Source: an uncultured Pseudomonadales bacterium (GTDB lineage Bacteria > Pseudomonadota > Gammaproteobacteria > Pseudomonadales > UBA7434). From it: a DNA stretch of 64,000 nt. Positions 45,784-54,838 of this stretch are shown here, piece after piece. The stretch is from positions 33,862 through 97,861 of the forward strand of contig CAZDEW010000002.1 of NCBI GenBank assembly GCA_964504585.1. Reading direction: 5' to 3'. Position 1 is the first letter of the stretch. Every line of letters begins with the position of its first letter. Under the pieces are notes generated by a model. The model was not told the DNA's origin. It saw nothing but the letters and a program-made list of their open reading frames with translations, and ran no database searches. The translations under genes were made by a program, and so were the position numbers.

Positions 45784-48228
45784 TTACGAGTTTTTGGCTC
45801 TACGCGCCGTGCGCTGTAAACCTAGAAGCGCGATAAATAAAGTAACAAAGGCCCATAGCTCCCGGTTTGGCACGTCAACGATGGGTGTATCCGCTTGCAC
45901 CGTACTCTCGATCGTTACATTGGTAAATATCAAACCGTTGTCTGGAGTGCCCGCCATATTTGAGGCGCCAAAGGTGTTACTGTTCACCCAGAAACCGAGC
46001 ATACCGAAATGATTTGCGATATCGTTGGAATCTGTGGTGCTGTGGCTGCCCAGCAGGGTACCGTCGGACAAACGAAGTTCACTGTATAAGTCCACACTGT
46101 CCTCACGTGATCGGGTAATGGAAAAGCTACCAACATACGCAGTGTTTGGAGCAAAGCTATAGCCAGCGTCGCTCGAACTTGACAGTGTATTCCACTCAGA
46201 AGCAGTGCCGAGAAATCTACCGAGTGTAGAGAGCTCATCATGTTTCCGAAAGTCCGTGTCTTGCGTGCCCGCTCCGACAGAATCCACGTCGAAAGAAGTG
46301 AAATAGCCGGGTTGGCCGACGTAAAGAGGATTTACCGAACTTGAGCTTGAAGATTGGTCCGCTGCTAGTCCGGGCTCGTCAAGGTCCATGAGAGCGATTT
46401 TAAAAGCAGTGCCGCGGTTGGTGCCGATGGTCGCCGGCGTAGTGAAAGAATACCGTACCGCGATAGTGTCACCGACACCTAGCGTCTGAGGCGAAAAGGT
46501 GGCGTGCATGCCTCGCCCCGATGTGCCGGTAACCAGCGTTAATTGACCAGGGGCGATTTCGACGTTACTACCGCTGGTCTGGCTCGACGACCACCAATCG
46601 GCATCGAGTTCCCCGGTTCGACTCCGATCTCCATCGGCAAAGCTGTCATTGATAATTTGCTTTGGAGTGATATGGCTCACATTGTTGTAATTATTGTTGG
46701 CGAGCCGCAGAGCTAGTTGCGCTTCAAAAAGTGAGGTTGGTTCGGCAGTTTGGCCTTCCAGCTCGTTTGCAGCGAAGCTGCCGTTGACCATGCTTACGGC
46801 ATTACCTTGTAGGCCAATGAAATAGGGCTGCGCGAAGGTATGTCCGTTCCGTGATGAAGGCCAGAAGTCATAGTTGGTTGGTCCACCATCGATAAGAAAA
46901 TTCCAGGTAACAAAATATTTTCCATGATGTGGATAGCTTTCGTGTGGGCCACCATTGCCATCGAAGTGCCCGTTCACGACATTGTCGAATAGTGTCGCGT
47001 AGGGGCTTCCCGAGTGGCTATCCATTCGTTGGCCGGGTGCCATTTGATAGCGAAGATAGACAGTGCCAGTACCCCAATAGCCTATGCCGGGGCCATGATG
47101 ATGTCCAGCCAGGTCCTGACTGTCCTTGATGAGGATGCCATAAGAGCGTCGGGTGTGAATCGAGGTGTGGCCTTGTTTGCCAGACAGGAGAATATTCTCA
47201 AGCGTCATTGCGGCGCAGCCGTCGATATATATATTCTGATTCCAGTCACGAAACTCAACGTTGCGGATCCAGCCGTTTTCTACATTGTCGAATCTTAGGG
47301 CATTCCAGGCATAGTCATGTATATCGTCTTTATGGTGAACAAACTCTTCTGGATAACTATCCCAATTGCCTTTAAAGAGAATATCTTCTACTCCTACATT
47401 GTTCAGCATATTGTAGGTTCTAACGCGAATAGGGTCTTGACCAACTTTCAGCGCAATATGCAGGGGCTCACGAAAGCGGACTGTATTGCCATCAATAGAC
47501 TCTACCGTGTGCAACTCCCTGAGCTGGAAACCCTGTGTGCTAAGCAGTCGAGTCCAGAGAGGGTCTATGATTTGCGGAGAATAATAACTCTGCGCAAAAT
47601 CCACGCTATCCTGGCGGAGTATGACACGCTGTCCTGGAGAGAGGTTTAACGCATTAGCGACTTCTACTGTATAGCTTTCTCTCGACGCATCGCTGACGAC
47701 CGTGGTGATATCGCTCTCGCTTAGACTGGAGGGGGCGATCTCAAAGATATAGCGTCCGTTGTTGACCTTCATCTTATCTTTGAAAATTTCGGTGCCGCCC
47801 GCTCCCGATCCGCTGCCCTTCAACAGAATGTTGCTGCTGTTGATAAAGATATTTTCCCCCACCGTCTCGGTGGGGCTAATCATGAATCGGCCAGGTGGAA
47901 AGAAAACAATGCCGCCACCGGCGGCTTCGGCTGCGTCAATTGCGGCCTGAATGGCTATATCATCATAGTTGCCGTCATCGGCGACTGCGCCGTAGGCCGT
48001 GACGTCAAAACTTGCCCAACTACTTGTGTCCGGGATGGGGCTTTCTGAGTAGTCATAGCCGGCATAGGAAAAGTCTGGCAGGACGGGTATATAGCCTGCC
48101 GGCTTGGCTGCCTGAAATTGTTTCCAGAGGTTTGATTCTTCTGCTTGAGCGCATGGCAGCCATACGAGTTGGACGGTGACAAGCAACGAAATGCTGAGGA
48201 CTTTTGCGAGATGCCTGGCTCTGTGCAT
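45784..48228 (-). CDS. secreted right-handed beta-helix (pectate-lyase-superfamily) protein + one ~253-aa module + PEP-CTERM-like tail
   Basis: ORF 45784-48282. Preferred Met at 48228 (MHRARHLAKVLSISLLVTVQLVWLPCAQA). FDVTAYGAVADDGNYDDIAIQAAIDAAEAAGGGIVFFPPGRF is typical of the pectate_lyase_3-type N-terminus. C-terminus VPNRELWAFVTLFIALLGLQRTARR. Confidence 0.7.
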   Translation of the reverse strand: MHRARHLAKVLSISLLVTVQLVWLPCAQAEESNLWKQFQAAKPAGYIPVLPDFSYAGYDYSESPIPDTSSWASFDVTAYGAVADDGNYDDIAIQAAIDAAEAAGGGIVFFPPGRFMISPTETVGENIFINSSNILLKGSGSGAGGTEIFKDKMKVNNGRYIFEIAPSSLSESDITTVVSDASRESYTVEVANALNLSPGQRVILRQDSVDFAQSYYSPQIIDPLWTRLLSTQGFQLRELHTVESIDGNTVRFREPLHIALKVGQDPIRVRTYNMLNNVGVEDILFKGNWDSYPEEFVHHKDDIHDYAWNALRFDNVENGWIRNVEFRDWNQNIYIDGCAAMTLENILLSGKQGHTSIHTRRSYGILIKDSQDLAGHHHGPGIGYWGTGTVYLRYQMAPGQRMDSHSGSPYATLFDNVVNGHFDGNGGPHESYPHHGKYFVTWNFLIDGGPTNYDFWPSSRNGHTFAQPYFIGLQGNAVSMVNGSFAANELEGQTAEPTSLFEAQLALRLANNNYNNVSHITPKQIINDSFADGDRSRTGELDADWWSSSQTSGSNVEIAPGQLTLVTGTSGRGMHATFSPQTLGVGDTIAVRYSFTTPATIGTNRGTAFKIALMDLDEPGLAADQSSSSSSVNPLYVGQPGYFTSFDVDSVGAGTQDTDFRKHDELSTLGRFLGTASEWNTLSSSSDAGYSFAPNTAYVGSFSITRSREDSVDLYSELRLSDGTLLGSHSTTDSNDIANHFGMLGFWVNSNTFGASNMAGTPDNGLIFTNVTIESTVQADTPIVDVPNRELWAFVTLFIALLGLQRTARRAKNS
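45901..46659 (-). repeat. module copy B1 (~253 aa, DSFADGDR...FTNVTIEST)
   Basis: Residues about 542-794 of the 832-aa ORF, aligned by eye to the other five copies. Confidence 0.7.
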
Positions 48229-48395
48229 GGCGTTTATTTTTGTAAGCAGTGGAAAAGAGGTGCTGATCAATTCGGCCTTCATTCACCCCATCAGCAATCT
48301 ATTCTCTGAACCTTTAAAGGTGAACAGACCACAGGGGGGGTTGTTGCTTAAATGCTGCGCAAATTATACTAAATGCTGGTGCGATTAACTTTAAT

Positions 48396-48410
48396 TTTGG
48401 CCAGACCAAT
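48396..48410. promoter_or_regulatory. candidate GntR-type operator (TTTGGCCAGACCAAT)
   Basis: Matches the 15-nt pattern ATTGGTC-N-GACCAAT found in four intergenic regions of this locus. Lies between the divergent genes starting at 48228(-) and 48574(+). Confidence 0.4.
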
Positions 48411-48573
48411 CTATACCTTAAGTACTGATATTGGCTCGAAAGCATTAGCGTCGTGTTAATCTGGGTTTATAAACAGCCTTTGGTGGTCACTCACAACGCT
48501 CAATTGCTTGAGTCGATCGTATTCGCGACTTTCCAATTTCTTGTGCAATAATTTTCAAATCCAGGAGTCTAGC

Positions 48574-49122
48574 ATGCATGTGTTAGCAGTTAATTTAGCA
48601 CTGCCATTGATGATCGTGATGGCCATCCAGTCACCTCTCGCCTCCGCAGGCTCGGTTAGCGATGCACAACAGAAAGTCGGTGCAACGTTACACAGCAAGA
48701 TAAGCTTGGCGATTGAAGATGTGCCATTGGGTGCTATGGCGCTCATAAAAAGCAGTTTTCCTGGGTTTCAGGCTGACGAGGTCGAGCAAGAGTCAAAGCA
48801 TGGCAACGTCTATCTGGATATCGAGGGGCAACTCGCGGGAAAGGAAACTGAGTTTGATCTTCTTCAGACGCCAGACGGGTGGAAGATTGTTGAAGTACAG
48901 CGTGACATTGAATGGCTAGCGCTGCCTGAGCAAGTTGCTGTAGAGTTCTCGGAAAAACAACCTGGTCCTAAGCCTGCGCGAATCATTGAGAGCGTACAGT
49001 ATGGGACAGCGATTACCATTTATGAGCTATATTTCGTCGATACCGCGGGCGTCGAATCGAAACAGGAGATTAAGTTTGAGGATGGTATGGCCGAACTGCT
49101 CGAGGCTGAATGGCAGCACTAG
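48574..49122 (+). CDS. secreted hypothetical protein (PepSY-like repeats possible)
   Basis: ORF 48508-49122. ATG 48574 preceded by AGGAG, giving MHVLAVNLALPLMIVMAIQSPLASAG (signal peptide). Confidence 0.45.
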   Translation: MHVLAVNLALPLMIVMAIQSPLASAGSVSDAQQKVGATLHSKISLAIEDVPLGAMALIKSSFPGFQADEVEQESKHGNVYLDIEGQLAGKETEFDLLQTPDGWKIVEVQRDIEWLALPEQVAVEFSEKQPGPKPARIIESVQYGTAITIYELYFVDTAGVESKQEIKFEDGMAELLEAEWQH

Positions 49123-49128
49123 TTCTTT

Positions 49129-50124
49129 TTGCGACGGGTTTTATTCCTTCGGGCTATGTGCGAAATAATCATTCGCCGCTCATTTGGGTTATGCAAAGCA
49201 TACACAGCAATATTGGATGCAGCATTGGGTAAAGTGATTACAAGGGCACATAGTTTAATATTTGGATATTTTTCTCTAGTCGTATTAAGCGGTTGCGTGC
49301 TTGTTCCTGAAAAAAACTCCACCATTTGGTCTGGATTAAGTAAGGCTGTACCCATTGGCGTGGTTGAGGGGCGTGAGTTGTCGATTAATCTCGCTTTTCC
49401 ATCCCAACTGTCTGCGACTCCGAGGCCTGTAGTGCTACTCATTCATGGTGGCGGGTTTGTTTCCGGAAGTAAGGATGATAAGAACCGACAAATTCTGAAG
49501 TTATCGGAGCTCGGTTTCGTGGCGGCGAGCGTCTCTTACGCGTTGGCACCGGACTACCGATTTCCCACAGCACTCGAAGATATCAAGCTCGCAATACGTT
49601 TTGTAAAGGCTAATGCGAGGGCCTTTCACATCGATTCAGACCGTATTCTAGTGAGCGGATCTTCTGCAGGGGGCTATTTGGCAGTGATGGCCGGCGTGAC
49701 GGGCAATGACGACAACTTCTCCGATTACGGGCTGTATGCGGAGTTCGACTCGACTGTTCGTGCTGTCGCTGCTCAGTCGGCGCCAATCGGTGATTTCCGT
49801 CTAGAGAAATATGGGAACAGGCCTTCGATAGAACGTTTGTTAGGATCCGATCCGCCGAACATCAAAGAGTCGATTCCTGAAGTCTCTCCATTTAGCTATC
49901 TGGACTCAGAAGATCCTGCGTTTTTTCTTTCCCATGGTGATAGCGATATTGTTGTCCCCGTAGAAATGAGCCGGGAGTTTGTTGAGGCTTTGAAAAATCT
50001 TGGTCATAGCTACGAATATCATGAGGTAGAGGGCGGTGGGCATAGTTTAAACCGCACAGCGCCCGATGAAGCGCGGCGGGTCTTCGAGGCCTATCTGAAT
50101 TTTTTGCATGCCTTCGCACAGTAG
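49129..50124 (+). CDS. alpha/beta hydrolase (esterase)
   Basis: 331 aa; start uncertain (possible lipobox VVLSGC). Motifs LIHGGGF and GSSAGG. Confidence 0.7.
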   Translation: MRRVLFLRAMCEIIIRRSFGLCKAYTAILDAALGKVITRAHSLIFGYFSLVVLSGCVLVPEKNSTIWSGLSKAVPIGVVEGRELSINLAFPSQLSATPRPVVLLIHGGGFVSGSKDDKNRQILKLSELGFVAASVSYALAPDYRFPTALEDIKLAIRFVKANARAFHIDSDRILVSGSSAGGYLAVMAGVTGNDDNFSDYGLYAEFDSTVRAVAAQSAPIGDFRLEKYGNRPSIERLLGSDPPNIKESIPEVSPFSYLDSEDPAFFLSHGDSDIVVPVEMSREFVEALKNLGHSYEYHEVEGGGHSLNRTAPDEARRVFEAYLNFLHAFAQ

Positions 50125-50237
50125 TTTGCTTCGATGAGCCATCCGGTTCCAAAGTTTTGCAATTGCAGTTTAGGTATGGATCGATATGGGAGATGCTCGA
50201 TTCTTGGTCTCGCAATTTCTATCTGTTTTAAATAAAA

Positions 50238-50257
50238 ACGGCGCCTTGCGGCGCCGT
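50238..50257 (-). terminator. rho-independent terminator for the PL7 gene
   Basis: ACGGCGCC-TTGC-GGCGCCGT hairpin. On the minus strand it is followed by TTTTTATTT. Lies 36 nt past the stop at 50293. Confidence 0.7.
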
Positions 50258-50292
50258 CGCTACACTGTTTTCCGGTGTCACGATTGGTGGAG

Positions 50293-52938
50293 CTAAATTC
50301 GCAGCGATGATTTCTCAGCCGGGGGACGCATTCTACTGATGCGTTTCAAGCTAATGCCAATTAAACTCAAATAGCCCAAGAATAGAGCCCAGATTGGTAT
50401 CGGGATGATTTCTTCAACGGGTTCCACTCCTACCGTACTTTCAATCAGGACGTTAGTGAAAGTCAGGCCGTTGTCCGCGACGCCGGCACTGTTGGATGAA
50501 CCGAAGGCATTACTATTGACCCAAAAGCCTAGCATTCCAAAGTTGTTTGCTATTCCACTGGTGTCTGTTTCGGTATGGCTATCCAGGAGCCCGCCAGTTG
50601 CGAGGCTAAGCGAGCTGAAGAGTTCTACACTATCTGCACCGGTTCTGGTAATTGAGAAGATGCCGATGTAGTCGGTATTGGGCAGGAAGGCGTAGCCCGC
50701 GTCGGGAGAGCTCGACAGGCTCATCCACTCTGAGGTTGTGCCAAGAAATCGCCCGAGGCCGGAGGTTGTGTCATGTTTTCTGAAATCCGTGTCCTGGGTG
50801 CCGCCGCCCGCCGGGTCGACATCGAAAGACGTAAAGTAACCAGGCTGCCCAACATAGAGCGGATTGACAGAGCTTGAACTGGACGACTGATCAGCAGCGA
50901 GACCAGGGTCATTGAGGTCCATCAGGGCGATTTTGAAAGAGGTGCCGCCGACAGCGCCAACGGTCGCTGGGGTGGTAAAAGAGTAGGTTGCAGTGATGCT
51001 ATCGCCGACTTCCAGTGTTTGCGGTGCGAAGGTCGCGTGCATTCCGCGTCCTGAAGTGCCTGTGACCAGCCCCAGCGCTCCCGGAGAGATCTCGACATTG
51101 CTGCCGCTTGTTTGGCTGGATGACCACCAATCAGCGTCTAAAGCACCAGTACGCGCGCGGTTGCCGTCAGCAAAGAAATCGTCGACGATAGCTGTGCCGG
51201 GGTCGACAGTTGTAGTCTCGATCAAAACGTTGGTAAAGGTGAGGCCGTTGTCAGCGTTACCGGCAGAATTGGAAGAGCCGAAAGCATTGCTATTAGCCCA
51301 GAAGCCCAGCATGCCAAAGTTGTTGGCGATATTACTGACGTCGGTAGCTGTATGACTGTCGAGAACAGCTCCGCCGTCGAGTCTTAGCGAACTGAAAAGT
51401 TCGTGTGTATCGTTTCCGGTTCGTGTAATTCTGAGTGTTCCAACGTAGTTGGTGTTAGGTTGAAACGCATAGCCTGCATCGTCGGAGCTGGATATATTTG
51501 TCCATTCAGAGGTGGTGCCAAGAAATCTTCCAACGGTCGACGCTGTATCGTGCTTTCTGAAATCTGTATCCTGTGTTCCGCCTCCGCTCGCATCGACATC
51601 AAAGGACGTAAAGTAGCCCGGCTGGCCGACATAAAGCGGGTTAGCAGAACTGGAGCTGGATGACTGATCGGCAGCCAGCCCCGGATCGTTTAAATCCATC
51701 AAGGCGATCTTGAAGGAAGTGCCAGATGGTGAGCCAATAGTTGCTGGAGTCGTGAAGGAGTATGTCACGGTGATACTGTCACCAACTTCCAGAGTTTGAG
51801 GAGCGAAGGTCGCATGCATTCCGCGGCCTGAAGTGCCGGTCACCAAGCCTAGTGCTCCCGCTGATATCTCGACGTTGCTGCCGCTGGTTTGGCTCGACGA
51901 CCACCAATCTGCGTCCAGCGATCCGGTTCTCGTTCGATCGCCGTCGGCAAAGCTGTCATCAATAATTGTCGTAGTAGTGGTGGGTGTTTGCGGTTCCTCG
52001 ATACCATGCGAAACGTCCAGGGCGTAGAATGTAGCCTGTACGAATTCCGAGGCGATACCGCCATCGGTTGTATTGTTTTGGTTATACGCACCGGCCTTGA
52101 AGTACATAAAGTCATCAGCGACATCGTAGCCGCTTGATGACATATCGATATCAGCGGTACCAATGACAGGCCCGGTTAAGTCGCCAGATCGAATGGTCAC
52201 GGTTTGCTGGTTGCCAACCACTACCACTTCGTAGGACCAGAGCTCATCTAGAGCGATACCGTTGCTTGGATTAGAGGCACTATTGTCACTGCTCCCAATA
52301 ATTTCATAAATGATGTCGGCTCCGCCGCTGACTTCGTGGACAGCGTAGATGGATCCGTTGGTATTGCCGGGTAGCTTTCGGTAGTAGAGGCGTAGGGGTT
52401 CATCATCTTTAGCATGAATTTGGCCAACAACGACTCGACCAATCCTGCTTGAGTTTCCTGCTGTTGTCACTGCATTGACTGCCAGTGTAGCTTTCATGAC
52501 CCCATCAACGGCGCCCGCCGCATCTTGTGCTGCTTGTGGTGCACTCGAAAAAACCCAGTTGTTCAAGTTAGGTGTGCCGTCGGCATTGCGAGTATTGATG
52601 CTGGTGTCCCCGCGCCGGAGCATTTCACGAAATTCTGTTCGTGTGAAAGAGGAGTTAGGGGTCGTTGCGCCGGAGTTCGTTGCTTTAAAAACCATGCCAC
52701 CGTCGGCGGCCGTCCAGAAATAATTGTTGTCGACAAAACCGTTTGCTAGATCAACTTCATCGATACGTCTGGATTCCCCAGCCACGTCCTCCGGTGTATT
52801 CAAGTACCAGCCGAGTAGGTCAAAGTTTCCGCTCGGTGGGAGAGCTGGATCCAGCGATATCGCTTTTAATGGCAGCAATGCCAGAGCCAGAGTTGTAACG
52901 CCGAGGTTTGTGAACTTGCTGAATGCAGACGACTTCAT
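50293..52938 (-). CDS. PL7-family alginate lyase + two ~253-aa modules + PEP-CTERM-like tail
   Basis: 881 aa with a signal peptide. PL7 signature triad RTEFREML, VGQIHA, YFKAGAYNQ. Thr-rich linker, two modules, C-terminus IPIPIWALFLGYLSLIGISLKRISR. Confidence 0.85.
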   Translation of the reverse strand: MKSSAFSKFTNLGVTTLALALLPLKAISLDPALPPSGNFDLLGWYLNTPEDVAGESRRIDEVDLANGFVDNNYFWTAADGGMVFKATNSGATTPNSSFTRTEFREMLRRGDTSINTRNADGTPNLNNWVFSSAPQAAQDAAGAVDGVMKATLAVNAVTTAGNSSRIGRVVVGQIHAKDDEPLRLYYRKLPGNTNGSIYAVHEVSGGADIIYEIIGSSDNSASNPSNGIALDELWSYEVVVVGNQQTVTIRSGDLTGPVIGTADIDMSSSGYDVADDFMYFKAGAYNQNNTTDGGIASEFVQATFYALDVSHGIEEPQTPTTTTTIIDDSFADGDRTRTGSLDADWWSSSQTSGSNVEISAGALGLVTGTSGRGMHATFAPQTLEVGDSITVTYSFTTPATIGSPSGTSFKIALMDLNDPGLAADQSSSSSSANPLYVGQPGYFTSFDVDASGGGTQDTDFRKHDTASTVGRFLGTTSEWTNISSSDDAGYAFQPNTNYVGTLRITRTGNDTHELFSSLRLDGGAVLDSHTATDVSNIANNFGMLGFWANSNAFGSSNSAGNADNGLTFTNVLIETTTVDPGTAIVDDFFADGNRARTGALDADWWSSSQTSGSNVEISPGALGLVTGTSGRGMHATFAPQTLEVGDSITATYSFTTPATVGAVGGTSFKIALMDLNDPGLAADQSSSSSSVNPLYVGQPGYFTSFDVDPAGGGTQDTDFRKHDTTSGLGRFLGTTSEWMSLSSSPDAGYAFLPNTDYIGIFSITRTGADSVELFSSLSLATGGLLDSHTETDTSGIANNFGMLGFWVNSNAFGSSNSAGVADNGLTFTNVLIESTVGVEPVEEIIPIPIWALFLGYLSLIGISLKRISRMRPPAEKSSLRI
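50434..51189 (-). repeat. module copy C2
   Basis: Residues about 584-835 of the 881-aa protein (IVDDFFADGNRARTG...LTFTNVLIEST). Confidence 0.7.
51211..51966 (-). repeat. module copy C1
   Basis: Residues about 325-576 (IIDDSFADGDRTRTG...LTFTNVLIETT). Confidence 0.7.
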
Positions 52939-53114
52939 GATTCAAACTCCGCTTGTATTTAGGTGTTTGCTTATTTGTCTTTGCAAGTTGTACTTTTGAT
53001 AGCTGTTCTATTAAAAGACCAAGTTGCAGACATTCTTATTAAAAAAAGGCGCTGTGCGACTCTATTCAGAATGACTTGAGCACCGCTGAATAAAGTCGCC
53101 AGCCCCTAGAGTCG

Positions 53115-53150
53115 AGCGTTTAACGGGTTTTCTGTAGCCCGTTAAACGCT
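53115..53150 (-). terminator. stem-loop downstream of the three-module gene (possible terminator; no U-tract on minus strand)
   Basis: AGCGTTTAACGGG-N9-(G)CCCGTTAAACGCT with a 13-bp stem, 15 nt past the stop at 53165. Confidence 0.3.
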
Positions 53151-53284
53151 TTCTTCGGAGAAGTTTACTGCGTGCTTCTCGATCGTAATTGCAGGCCAAT
53201 CATTGACATCGCCAAGATCACGAGTGCTGCGAAAGGCGCCATCGGAACCACAATCGGTTTCGGTGGCAACGGTTGTGACTCACC

Positions 53285-54043
53285 GGTGCTTTCAATTAGA
53301 ACATTCGTGAAAACCAGGCCGTTGTCAGGATCGCCAGCTGTGTTTGACGAACCGAACGCATTGGCGTTTGCCCAGAACCCGACCATGCCGAAGTTATTGG
53401 CAATATCACTATTGTCGGTTGCTGTATGGCTATCAACCAATGCACCTCCTGCAATGCTCAGAGAGCTCGAGAGCGAATGACTGTTAGTGCCGGTTCTGGT
53501 GATGGAGAATACGCCCACGTAGTTTGTGTTCGGCAGGAATGCATAGCCTGCGTCACCCGAGCTAGAGATGCTATTCCATTCGGAGGTGGTTCCCAGGAAG
53601 CGACCCAGCGGCGATGTGACATCGTGTTTTCTGAAGTCGGTGTCCTGTGTGCCTCCACCTAATGAGCTGACATCAAACGCGGTAAAGTATCCTGGCTGAC
53701 CCACGTAAAGAGGGTTCACTTCACTAGAGCTTGAAGACTGGTCCGCCTGTAAACCGCCGTCGTTCAGATCCATCAGCGCAATTTTGAATGATGTGCTGGA
53801 AGGGTTTCCAATAGTGGAGGGTGTAGTGAACGAATAGGTCACGGTGATGTTGTCGCCGACATCCAGCACCTGCGGAGCAAAAGTCGCATGCATGCCGCGG
53901 CCGGAGGTGCCGGTAACAAGCGTTAGCGCACCGGGATCAATCTGCACGTTGCTGCCATCAGTCTGGCTTGAAGACCACCAGTCAGCATCCAAAGCGCCTG
54001 TGCTAACGCGGTTCCCATCTGCAAAGCTGTCGTCAATAACGGC
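53285..54043 (-). repeat. module copy D3
   Basis: Residues about 430-682 of the 721-aa ORF. Confidence 0.7.
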
Positions 54044-54061
54044 GTTAGAGACTTGAGCAGC

Positions 54062-54820
54062 GGTGCTTTGGATAAGTACATTCGTGAACGTGAGTCCATT
54101 GTCCGGTGTGCCCGCTGAGTTTGAAGACCCGAAGGCGTTCGCGTTAACCCAGAAGCCCAGCATGCCGAAATTGTTAGCGATCCCGATCGTGTCGCTAGCG
54201 GTATGACTGTCAAGCAGCGCGCCGCCGGCGAGGCTTAGCGAGCTAGAGAGATCGTGGCTATCCACTCCCGTCCGAGTGATAGTGAACGTACCCACATAAT
54301 CCGTGTTCGGTGCGAAAGCATAACCTGCGTCGGCAGAGCTTGAGATGCTAATCCACTCAGACGTTGTGCCGAGGAAACGACCGGAGATTGCCGCCGTATC
54401 GTGTTCTCTAAAGTCGGTATCCTGTGTGCCACCACCGACTGGATCGACATCGAAAGAAGTGAAATAACCGGGTTGACCAACGTATAGCGGGTTGGGCGTG
54501 CTGGAGCTGGAAGATAGATCGTCGGCGAGCCCTGGATCGTTAAAATCCATCAGAGCAATCTTGAACGAAGTAGAAGACACGGCCCCAACAGTTGCGGGAG
54601 TCGTGAATGAATAAGTCACTGAGATGCTATCGCCAATTTCCAGTGTCTGTGGAGTGAAAGTGGCGTGCATGCCCCGGCCCGATGTGCCAGTGACGAGCGT
54701 CAGACCACCCGGTGCAATTTCTAAATTACTACCGCTGCTTTGACTCGAAGACCACCAGTCAGCGTCAAGTGCGCCTGTGCTAGTACGATTGCCGTCCGCG
54801 AAGCTGTCGTTGATAATAGC
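54062..54820 (-). repeat. module copy D2
   Basis: Residues about 171-423 of the 721-aa ORF. Confidence 0.7.
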
Positions 54821-54838
54821 GTTGGCGACGGGTGCCGC

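Noticed and set aside
45698-46012. 104-aa plus-strand ORF after the glycosylase gene
   Set aside because: It overlaps the 3' end of the 832-aa minus-strand gene, including its conserved module and tail, and has no RBS or motif.
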